Source: Auanema rhodensis
Taxonomy: Eukaryota; Animalia; Nematoda
Reading direction: 5' to 3'
NCBI GenBank assembly: GCA_964057225.1
Contig: OZ059896.1
Span: 12,152,001-12,216,000 of the forward strand
DNA: 64,000 nt
The position numbers and the translations under genes were made by a program. Position 1 is the first letter of the stretch. The number at the start of each line of letters is the position of its first letter. Positions 30,858 through 38,618 of the stretch are shown here, one piece after another. A model generated the notes under the pieces. That model saw nothing but the letters and a program-made list of their open reading frames with translations. It did no database searches and had not been told where the DNA came from.

Positions 30858-30868
30858 CTCCGGCCGTC
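30858..30868 (-). other. Putative plus-strand primer (PPT position), atypical
   Basis: GACGGCCGGAG directly precedes the 3' LTR TG. It is assigned by position only and is weakly purine-rich. Confidence 0.45.
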
Positions 30869-30881
30869 GAGAAGAGAACAT

Positions 30882-33800
30882 CTATATGGTGATGATCGCC
30901 GCCTGAGTCTTGTTCCTCTTAGTGGGTAGAATTTCTTGTTCCATTTCTTTTCTAGTCTCAGTTTTGTAAAAATCCCTAAGTGATTGATCCATGTGCTGGG
31001 TGAGTTCCTTCAAGCATTCAATCCGTTTCTCTCTTGTGAGCTTCAGAAACGAATCGCATCTTTCTTGTGATCTTTGCAAGACTAGGTTGATTTCGCAGGC
31101 TCTAGTGTTGGCGAGTGACATAGTGAATAGAATGAATACTACTAGGATGTGAGTTTTCCTTGACTTTAGGAGAAGGAGCTGGCGCCAAAAAATGATAAGG
31201 ACGCGGAGGGGAATGAGGAAGATGTAACATGTTGCGGCAGCCATGTAGTGGGCGGTGCCTAGTGCTAGTCTGGTAGCGTATGTTGTAATGATGTAATAGG
31301 AAAAGGTAAAAGCGATTATGGCAATGAGTAGACAGGTTGCTAATGCTTTGTACCATTCCTGATAGATGTTGTAGAAGTGAGTAATGTCGGGCCAAGAAAA
31401 GGTGAAGGCTGTTTCTTGGAGAGACGAGTGATTCCCGAGTATGTAATGAGAGCGTAGGTCTTGAAGTGTGTTGACGTAGTACAGCATTCCTGAGAGGAGG
31501 AATGTGTTTTCTTGTGTTCCGCAGGTGTATGTGCATGTGATCCTAGGTGAGGCTGAGGTGATAGGCAGCTGGATGGAGTTGGTTGTTCCTTGTGGACTGC
31601 ATTGTGTCATGAATGCGGATTCACCACATTGTATAGCTGCCAGAGTTGGTTGAGGTGAAGTACATGTGATACTTGCTTGGGCTCCTCGGTTGCAGTTGTA
31701 ACATCCGGTTAATGGTGAATCCTGAATGTGGCAATGTGTGGAGTCTTGAGATGAGGAAGTGTGGAATTCCCCGTCGATTTTGATGTGGATGACAGTTAAC
31801 ATGTTGCTGTTAATGTTGATCCGTAAGTTTCTTTCCTCGTTCATGATCATGTAAGAGGGTGTTAGCATTGGAATAGCTGATTGTACGTTGGTAAAGGCTG
31901 AGGTGATGGATGTTTCGTGGCACTGGCAGTTGACCTGGTCTTCTGCCGGTGTGCAAACGCAGGTGGGTGTGGCGTTACAGTTCATGTTTATAGCGTCTCT
32001 TCTGCTCGGGCATGAGAGCATGGGTTGTTGATTCCATATAGCTGTTCTTGTAAGGTTGCGGATGAATTTGTGTTGCATCGCAGGTATGACTGGCGGTGAG
32101 AGACTTGTAATAGTTAGCGTGAATGGATATATGTGCTTCGGAACGTCAGAGTATAGAGTGACGTTTTTAGAGATGGTGGTTGATCCGTTTCGGTATGTTA
32201 GGCTGAGGTCCGTTGTAGGTGTCCAAGAGTTGCAGTCGTATACTTCATATATCGAGGTATCAGTCGGCTTCTGGTAGGTCCTGTAGAAAAGACATCCTGA
32301 TGAAGGGTAAAAACATCCGCATCCTATGCCACCACAGGATTCTGTGCAGTGTGTTGTTCCTGGGTACTGGTTAGCTATGTGAAGTTCGCTGACAGTTGAG
32401 TTTGGGGTGATGTTGCTGCATTTTTCTTCTTGGCATGATCCAGTGTGTGGGCATCTTTTGCTGTCTTGTACGTGAGTCTTTGATTCTCTTGTGAAGTAAA
32501 GGGACCGAGTCTCACACTTGTAGTTGGTTTTGATCCACTGTATTCTCAAGAAAGAGATATTGTCTTGATTGTTTGATAATGTGAGGCAGGCTTCTTGAGT
32601 GTATGGACTGATGTTGAGATTATGCGTGGTTTGTATGTGGCATTTCTCTTGGATGCAAGTGGACTGTTCGGAGGATGTGATCGCGAGTTCTTGGCATGAG
32701 AAGGTGACTTGTATCAAACTCATCAGAGCTAGGAGTGGTATGGCTGATTTGTGCGGCCTCGGTTGACGTGTGTGTCGGATCGTCTTGATTATGGTCATTA
32801 TGATGGTGGTGCATAATCGTATCCAAAGTCGGATTGGTTTTCCTATGACCCATGGTGTGTATAGAATGCCGTAGCATAAGGCTGTGAGCATGTATGTAAG
32901 AAATGTGAGAAGTAGCATTGATGTCCATGGCCAGCAAGATGGATTGAAAAGTGTAGCAGTGCAGAAGGTGCATGTGACAGTGGAGCAGAAATGTACCGCT
33001 GGGCATGTGATCATCATGTGATGAATTCTGGAATTGTGTTGGAAGGTCCAGCTTACGTCGTAGTTGGTTAGGATGTCCGCTGGGGGAAATATAAGGTTTC
33101 CATCGTGGCTGTTGTTATAGCATGTGTTGTGGATGCATACTTGTTGATTGTTTGTAGAGATTCCTTGAATTTGAACTCCTTGGTAGTTGCAAGATATTGT
33201 TGGTGTGGCCGAGATGATGGGTAGAAGTATTGAGAATATTGATAGAAAGGTGAATAGGTTTGTTCTTTGTTCTCCGTACCATAATCTAGGTACGTTCCTT
33301 GGATTAGACTGCCTTATTGGTGGGACATCTCTCGAAGGATTAGTGTTTCGTAGTCTTTCAGGAATGTCGTCGTCTGAGAGTTCCAGCGGATGTAGAAGGT
33401 TCACTGGTCGTTTGAGTTCTCTGCCTGATTCTGAAAGAAGCGTGACTTCTCTGGTCTGTCCGTTCTTGTCTGGTGAGATATGTGTGATTTTTCCAATCGG
33501 CCATTTGTACCGAGGTATCGGACTGTCGTTGATAAGTACGTATTGGTCGATTCTTGGCTGTTGATTGGAACCAGCTTTCTTCACCGAGATGTTGTTCTTG
33601 TGGTGTTCTCTTAACTCTTTGAGGTAGAGTTCGATCCATAACTCCCAGAATTTGTTTGTGCGTTGTCTGGAGGAATGGATGGCTTTTTCTGTGTCTGCTC
33701 TTGTTTGTAAGGCAGGGTTGTCGAGGTATTCTTCGTCGTCATCGTCCGAGTGGAATGAAATGTTAAGGTCCAAGTCTTTGTGAATAAAGTCACATGGTCT

Positions 33801-36800
33801 GATTATTTCATCTGTTCCTGTGTCGGATCCGATGTATGTGAGTGGGCGAGTGTTGAGTGTTGCTTCACATTCAGCTAAGGTGATTGACAGTTCTTCGCTT
33901 GTTGGTATGTTCTTCATGGTTTTGTGAAGAGAGTCTTTTACTGATCGGATAAGGCGTTCGTAGAATCCTCCTTGCCAGGGGGCGTAAGGTGTTATGTTGT
34001 GCCATTTTATTTTATGGCTGTCACCTGTTTGTGTCGTGTTGGCGATGCTGAACAGTCTGTTTGCCACTTTCTGTCCTAGTTCGAATGTGGTGGCGTTGTC
34101 GCAAGTGATGCTTTCCGGATATCCTCTACGTGCCCATATCTTCCTTAGACAGTTAAGAAATGCTTTTGTGGTAAGGTCTTCTATAACTTCTAAGTGTAGT
34201 AGGCGTGTGACTGTGCAGGTATAGATGCAACCCCATACTTTGTGAGGTTTGTCCTTTACCGTCAGCGGTCCGAAGTAGTCGAGGCCTATGTGTTGGAATG
34301 GTCGGCTTCGGTTGAGTCTTCTGCTGGGTATGTCGCCAGAGGGGGGGTACGTGAATGGTCGGTTGTTCATTCGTTGGCACTCTACGCATCTTCGTATGAC
34401 TGAGATGGTTTGTGAGCGAAGTTGTGGTATCCAGAATTTCTGTCGAACTTCGGCCATGGTGTGTGACGTGCTTTTGTGAAATTGGTTGTGGACGTGTTCG
34501 ATAATTAAGGTGGCTGTCCTTGTTTTGGGTAAGACGATGATAGGAAGTTTTGCACTCTCATCTAGTTCACTATTCTGCATTCGTCCGCGGCTGTGCCAAA
34601 GATGATCTTTCAACAGTGGTCTTAAGTCGTTTCGTTGTGCTGCTGTAAGACGTACGAGTAGGTTGTGTTGATGCAGATGGAGAAGGTTCAGTTCGGCTTC
34701 TTCGTAATGTGTCGGTAGTCGTTTCTCTAACAGCGAATAATTCTCTGCGATCCATTTTTCTTGTGCTTGGATCCATGTGTTGCAGTGTTCTAGCCAGGAT
34801 TCTTCGTATTCTTCAGATGTCCTAGCTGTATTCACTGTGATTTCTGGTTGAGGTAATGAGAAGAGCGGACCATTAATGGCTTTGTCAATTTGTGCTTTGG
34901 GATTCCACCAGAAATGATTTAGTAGCTCGTCTGTTGTGCAACCTCTTGTGGCAATGTCGGCTGGGTTGTCTTTGGTGTTGATGTAACCAAAGTATGTCTT
35001 GATATCCATATCTTCGATTTGGTCGATGTGGTCGTAGATTTCCTTGATTCTGTTTTGTACTAAGACTCCTGTTGTCTTCTGATCAGGTTTTCGTCTTATC
35101 CATGCTAACGTTATTTCTGAGTCCGATAAAAATGTTGTAGACAAGATTTTGATGTTGTCTTTCATTTCTTTGATGATTTTGTTGGTGTTTGTGACACCTA
35201 CTGTGAGAGCTGATATTTCTGCTTTCGGGATGGTGATGTTGGAGTTCTTTGAGTGTAGCTTGGATTTAGCGAAGATCAAGGTAGGTATGCGTGATGTGGC
35301 TGCCAGGAGGTATGTGCAGAATCCTAGGGCTGATCCGCTAGAATCTGTGCAGGTAACTAAGTGGTACTGCTGATTCGGATCTTCTGGTAGGGCTCGTTGC
35401 TGAGTTTTGTTGAAGTTGAAGTTTTCGGCTAGTGTATGCCATGTTTTTTGGTGTTCTTCAGGCAACGTAGTGTCCCAGTCGTAATTCTCTGTCCATAGAT
35501 TCTGTAGGAAGAGTCGTAGTGGGTGTAGGCATGGACTTATCAAACCCATGGGGTCAAAGATCGATGCAATGGCTTGTGTAATACCACGTTTGGTCAGTTT
35601 TGTTTCTGGAAGCTTGGTTTGGATGATCCATTGGTCCGTTTCTGTGTCCCATGGTAATCCAAGAACTTTTGGTTTTGCTGAGGTGTTTTTCTCCTCTAGT
35701 AGTAGGTTTTTGTTGAAGTCCGGACTGTTCGTTATGAATTCTTGTAGTGTCATGTTCATTTCTGCGAATATGTCCTTTGTTTCTTGGTATCCCAGTTTGA
35801 GGTCTTCTTCTGAGTTTGTGGCAAGTAATAGGTTGTCCACGTAAAGGTTCTCTTTAATTTGGTGGGCTAGGAAGTTTTCGTTGCTTCTTTGTTCCAGATG
35901 ATGACGAATTGTGGCTGCGAGGAGAAATGGCGAGGCATTGATTCCAAAGGGAACTCTACAGAAGCGTAGGGTTCTTGTATTTTCGGTGCTCATTGGTTTG
36001 GAGATATCTCTCAGCCAAAAGAATCTTGTAGCGTCACGTTCTGACTCGTGGAGTCTTATTTGAAGAAATGCTTTCTTTACGTCTGCTATCAGTGCCATTT
36101 TCCCGCAGCGGAAGCGTAAAATCATTCCTACTAGTGATGGTAGGATTAGTGGTCCTTGATGGATGACGTCGTTCAGACTGGGTCTGTTCTGGTAGTGTCC
36201 GGAAGCGTCGTATACTATCCTTAGTTTGGTTGTTTCCTTTTGTGGGGTCAGAACTGCTTGATGAGCAATGTAGTGTATCGTTTGAGCGTCAGGGTATGGT
36301 TCTTCTGCTGGTTCGATTATTCCATTGTCTAGTTGTTCTTGAATGATTTTGTCGTATGCTGCTAGTGAATCTGGTTGTTGAGATAATTTTACGACTAGAC
36401 TTATGAGGCGTCTGTGAGCAAGTGATTTGTTGTCGGGGAGAAGATTGATGTTGTCTTTCCATGGGAAGTAGATGTAATAACCATCGTCTCTTTTTTGGAT
36501 GGTGGATTGGAATTGTTCCAATACTAGTTTGTCTCGTGCTTGTTTTTCTTCTTGTTCGGTTCCCGTAAATTCTTGCTGCTCCTCGATGAAGTTTTTGTTC
36601 CATGTGTCTATCGGGATAGAGGTGTTTCCAGTTATAACTGAGAAGGCGTTGATGGATGGTTGGTCGCTTGCTTTTCCTGTTATGAAGTCTCCAAATTGTG
36701 TCTTGACTTGTATGTGGTCGTCAGAGATTGGTATAATGGCTGTCAGAGCTTGCCACATTAAATCGGAGCCTATGAGTATGCGTGGATTGACGTAGGTTCC

Positions 36801-38618
36801 TTGATTTAATTTGAAGGTGGAGTTGTCTGATTTTGGAATTCGGACTGTTTTGATGGGACCCGTCAAGGTCTTTTTTGTCCAAAGGTGTGCAGTGATGTTG
36901 GAGACTGTTCCTTTGATTGTTGCTTTCACCTTTGTGAGGTGTTCAACGCTTTTTGTGTTGCCGAAAGTCTTGATTTTTACGCGTTTAGATTCTATAACGG
37001 GTAGTTGAAGTTCTTTGGCAAGTTCTTCTTCGATGAAAGATGTGTCCGATCCAGAGTCCAAGATGGCTGGGATTGTGGAAATTTTTCCATTCGTCATTAT
37101 CTTGATTTCTCCTATTGGAAGAAGGGCGCTTTTGAATTGATTGGTAGAGAACTGGGAGGAAAATTGAACCGTGTGTTCTTCGGTTTCCTCGTCATTGTAG
37201 GGTGTGCTCTCAATTAAGTTGACTTTGGTCGTCTTCTTTTTATTAGCGCATAAGATGTCGATGTGTTTTTCTCCGCATTTGGAGCATGTTCGTTTGCTTG
37301 GACATGACTCCGTGTTGTGTGTTTTGCGGAGACAGTTGATGCATCTCTTTTCCTGGTTGAGGATGGTTAGACGCTCCTTCCTCGACTTTGTTGTGTCACA
37401 GTCCCATGGGGCGTGAGGTTTCTGGCAGAAGATGCAACTGGATGTTTTTGCTAGTTTTTTAGCTTCTGGTTTGTTGCGTTGGGAATTGTAGGTGTTCCCT
37501 GGTGGTGAGTTGTAGACTCGTGTGATTGGTTTTTCGAACCGATCTGCTGCGAAAATTTTCACCTTGTTTTGGCATCGGATATGTCGCCTTGTGATGTCTA
37601 CTAGGTCTCTGATGTCAGGTGTTTTTCCCGAGGGGAATGATTTGTAGATCTCTTGGAGAAGGTTCCCTGGTAGTTTCTTGTGTAAGATAACTACAGCGAG
37701 GGAGTTGAGTTCGGCGTTCCTGTTTCCTTCAGTTTGGCGAAAAATGCCTGCGATCTTGTCCATCATGGAGAGGAGGTCATGCTGGTTGGATGTTCTCGCT
37801 TGTATCTGGAGAAATTCCAGCATGAGATGTTGTGTGATGTTGTCGTTATCATCATATAGATCCTGCAGGTGATGTACTGCGCTGAAGTAGTAGTCTTCAT
37901 CCGTTGGGAATGAAGCTATTTGTGAAGCTGCTTCTCCTGTTAATGACTGGCGAAGGTAGTTAAACTTTTCTATGGTGGGCATGTTCGATGAGTGTATGAG
38001 TGTGTGGAACAAGCACCAAAAGTTTTTCCAGCTTTTCACGTTGCCATCGAAGCGTGGGATATCGACAGGTTTGAGTGTTGGCCGTGATCGATATGTTTCC
38101 CAGCTTCGAGGTTGTGTGGCGTGTGTGAGTTCAGCAGTTCCAATGAGGTGGTGCTCAGAGGGCTGTGAACTGTCTGTGTGTGTTGGGTCAGGGCTGTTCT
38201 CAGTGTGGTTGAGACCCTTCAGGTAGTTGACTTGTTCTTGTATGTCGTTACTGTATGACAGTAGGGTAGAGATGTGTTTCCGCAGAGTTTCTTCGTTCTT
38301 CGTGATCCGACTTTGGTCCTCGGGGCGTAGGTCGGTTGGGATGTGTTTCATCTCGTCCATCAGTTTGTTGATGGCGAGGATGTCCCCATTGATGTTTGAA
38401 ATCTCCCTTTCACGGGTGTCAATCATACTTGGGGTTTTGTTGGAGGTATTAGTAACTTGACGTACCGCATATGATTTCCTCCTTGCGTCGTTGTCCTTGA
38501 GCTTAGCGAGTAATAATGAGCAGCTGCTGTTCCATTGTTCGGCGCGAGTTTCTTCGTTGGACTCGGCTTGATGCACCATGTCGTTTTGTCCTCTAGTTGG
38601 AGAGCGAATAACGGGCAT
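30882..38618 (-). CDS. Gag-Pol-Env polyprotein, 2,578 aa, single uninterrupted ORF
   Basis: ORF track plus recognisable motifs. Gag: IPRFDG..WKNFW..EKFNYLRQSLTGEA and three CCHC knuckles. PR: LDSGS. RT: ADVKKAFLQI, LYVDN. RNase H: TDSS, PKAE, SDS, NPAD. IN: HHCC, GLDYFGP, CDNA, FYERL. Env: CGGIGCGCF. The start could be Met1 (38618, in U5) or Met14 (at the LTR/PBS junction). Confidence 0.97.
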   Translation of the reverse strand: MPVIRSPTRGQNDMVHQAESNEETRAEQWNSSCSLLLAKLKDNDARRKSYAVRQVTNTSNKTPSMIDTREREISNINGDILAINKLMDEMKHIPTDLRPEDQSRITKNEETLRKHISTLLSYSNDIQEQVNYLKGLNHTENSPDPTHTDSSQPSEHHLIGTAELTHATQPRSWETYRSRPTLKPVDIPRFDGNVKSWKNFWCLFHTLIHSSNMPTIEKFNYLRQSLTGEAASQIASFPTDEDYYFSAVHHLQDLYDDNDNITQHLMLEFLQIQARTSNQHDLLSMMDKIAGIFRQTEGNRNAELNSLAVVILHKKLPGNLLQEIYKSFPSGKTPDIRDLVDITRRHIRCQNKVKIFAADRFEKPITRVYNSPPGNTYNSQRNKPEAKKLAKTSSCIFCQKPHAPWDCDTTKSRKERLTILNQEKRCINCLRKTHNTESCPSKRTCSKCGEKHIDILCANKKKTTKVNLIESTPYNDEETEEHTVQFSSQFSTNQFKSALLPIGEIKIMTNGKISTIPAILDSGSDTSFIEEELAKELQLPVIESKRVKIKTFGNTKSVEHLTKVKATIKGTVSNITAHLWTKKTLTGPIKTVRIPKSDNSTFKLNQGTYVNPRILIGSDLMWQALTAIIPISDDHIQVKTQFGDFITGKASDQPSINAFSVITGNTSIPIDTWNKNFIEEQQEFTGTEQEEKQARDKLVLEQFQSTIQKRDDGYYIYFPWKDNINLLPDNKSLAHRRLISLVVKLSQQPDSLAAYDKIIQEQLDNGIIEPAEEPYPDAQTIHYIAHQAVLTPQKETTKLRIVYDASGHYQNRPSLNDVIHQGPLILPSLVGMILRFRCGKMALIADVKKAFLQIRLHESERDATRFFWLRDISKPMSTENTRTLRFCRVPFGINASPFLLAATIRHHLEQRSNENFLAHQIKENLYVDNLLLATNSEEDLKLGYQETKDIFAEMNMTLQEFITNSPDFNKNLLLEEKNTSAKPKVLGLPWDTETDQWIIQTKLPETKLTKRGITQAIASIFDPMGLISPCLHPLRLFLQNLWTENYDWDTTLPEEHQKTWHTLAENFNFNKTQQRALPEDPNQQYHLVTCTDSSGSALGFCTYLLAATSRIPTLIFAKSKLHSKNSNITIPKAEISALTVGVTNTNKIIKEMKDNIKILSTTFLSDSEITLAWIRRKPDQKTTGVLVQNRIKEIYDHIDQIEDMDIKTYFGYINTKDNPADIATRGCTTDELLNHFWWNPKAQIDKAINGPLFSLPQPEITVNTARTSEEYEESWLEHCNTWIQAQEKWIAENYSLLEKRLPTHYEEAELNLLHLHQHNLLVRLTAAQRNDLRPLLKDHLWHSRGRMQNSELDESAKLPIIVLPKTRTATLIIEHVHNQFHKSTSHTMAEVRQKFWIPQLRSQTISVIRRCVECQRMNNRPFTYPPSGDIPSRRLNRSRPFQHIGLDYFGPLTVKDKPHKVWGCIYTCTVTRLLHLEVIEDLTTKAFLNCLRKIWARRGYPESITCDNATTFELGQKVANRLFSIANTTQTGDSHKIKWHNITPYAPWQGGFYERLIRSVKDSLHKTMKNIPTSEELSITLAECEATLNTRPLTYIGSDTGTDEIIRPCDFIHKDLDLNISFHSDDDDEEYLDNPALQTRADTEKAIHSSRQRTNKFWELWIELYLKELREHHKNNISVKKAGSNQQPRIDQYVLINDSPIPRYKWPIGKITHISPDKNGQTREVTLLSESGRELKRPVNLLHPLELSDDDIPERLRNTNPSRDVPPIRQSNPRNVPRLWYGEQRTNLFTFLSIFSILLPIISATPTISCNYQGVQIQGISTNNQQVCIHNTCYNNSHDGNLIFPPADILTNYDVSWTFQHNSRIHHMMITCPAVHFCSTVTCTFCTATLFNPSCWPWTSMLLLTFLTYMLTALCYGILYTPWVIGKPIRLWIRLCTTIIMTIIKTIRHTRQPRPHKSAIPLLALMSLIQVTFSCQELAITSSEQSTCIQEKCHIQTTHNLNISPYTQEACLTLSNNQDNISFLRIQWIKTNYKCETRSLYFTRESKTHVQDSKRCPHTGSCQEEKCSNITPNSTVSELHIANQYPGTTHCTESCGGIGCGCFYPSSGCLFYRTYQKPTDTSIYEVYDCNSWTPTTDLSLTYRNGSTTISKNVTLYSDVPKHIYPFTLTITSLSPPVIPAMQHKFIRNLTRTAIWNQQPMLSCPSRRDAINMNCNATPTCVCTPAEDQVNCQCHETSITSAFTNVQSAIPMLTPSYMIMNEERNLRININSNMLTVIHIKIDGEFHTSSSQDSTHCHIQDSPLTGCYNCNRGAQASITCTSPQPTLAAIQCGESAFMTQCSPQGTTNSIQLPITSASPRITCTYTCGTQENTFLLSGMLYYVNTLQDLRSHYILGNHSSLQETAFTFSWPDITHFYNIYQEWYKALATCLLIAIIAFTFSYYIITTYATRLALGTAHYMAAATCYIFLIPLRVLIIFWRQLLLLKSRKTHILVVFILFTMSLANTRACEINLVLQRSQERCDSFLKLTREKRIECLKELTQHMDQSLRDFYKTETRKEMEQEILPTKRNKTQAAIITI
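31165..32696 (-). other. env: Env part 2: phlebovirus Gc/G2-like class II membrane fusion glycoprotein
   Basis: Starts CQELAITSSEQSTC. Contains KRCPHTGSC and the fusion loop CTESCGGIGCGCFYPSSGCLFYR (about 32310-32336), YEVYDC, GCYNCNRGA, several N-x-S/T sequons, and the TM ALATCLLIAIIAFTFSYYII. Confidence 0.92.
32697..33257 (-). other. env: Env part 1: internal signal peptide, short Gn-like ectodomain, TM, tail and second signal peptide
   Basis: Hydrophobic LFTFLSIFSILLPIISA|TPT, then about 93 Cys-rich residues ending CPAVHFCSTVTCTFCTATLFNPSC (phlebovirus Gn-stem-like Cys spacing), TM, basic RHTRQPRPHK, and the signal AIPLLALMSLIQVTFS|C. Cleavage sites are inferred by eye. Confidence 0.8.
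33380..34500 (-). other. Integrase: HHCC zinc finger, DDE core and BEL-type C-terminal domain
   Basis: HNQFH...CVEC, GLDYFGP, CDNATTF, APWQGGFYERLIRSVK, LNTRPL, FWELWIELYLKELRE, KWPIGKI, KRPVNLLHPLE. Boundaries approximate. Confidence 0.95.
34930..35375 (-). other. RNase H domain (BEL/Pao type)
   Basis: TCTDSS...LIFAKSKL...TIPKAE...FLSDSEI...DNPADIATRG. All four expected acidic residues appear present. Boundaries approximate. Confidence 0.88.
35640..36280 (-). other. pol: Reverse transcriptase core
   Basis: YIAHQAV, KLRIVYDAS, SLND, ADVKKAFLQI, RVPFGINASPFLL, LYVDN (35832-35843), KVLGLPW. Boundaries approximate. Confidence 0.95.
36740..37125 (-). other. Aspartic protease domain
   Basis: AILDSGSDTSFI (DSGS at 37047-37058) and downstream RILIGSD. 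Boundaries approximate. Confidence 0.9.
37248..38618 (-). other. gag: Gag region: N-terminal helical/coiled-coil-like segment, BEL-type capsid-like domain (DUF1759-like) and three zinc knuckles
   Basis: LKPVDIPRFDGNVKSWKNFW...EKFNYL motif. Knuckles CIFCQKPHAPWDC, CINCLRKTHNTESC and CSKCGEKHIDILC at about 37248-37436 give the triple Cys-His array typical of BEL/Pao. Confidence 0.9.
38570..38578 (-). other. Primer binding site, tRNA-Gly-like
   Basis: TGGTGCATC directly follows the 5' LTR terminal CA. It is complementary to the ...GAUGCACCA 3' end typical of eukaryotic tRNA-Gly(GCC). The tRNA identity is from recall. Confidence 0.75.

Noticed and set aside
33260-33380. Possible chromodomain or targeting module at the integrase C-terminus
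   Set aside because: Only a short (about 40 aa) Pro/Arg/Asn-rich linker lies between LHPLE and the Env signal peptide, with no chromodomain aromatic-cage pattern.
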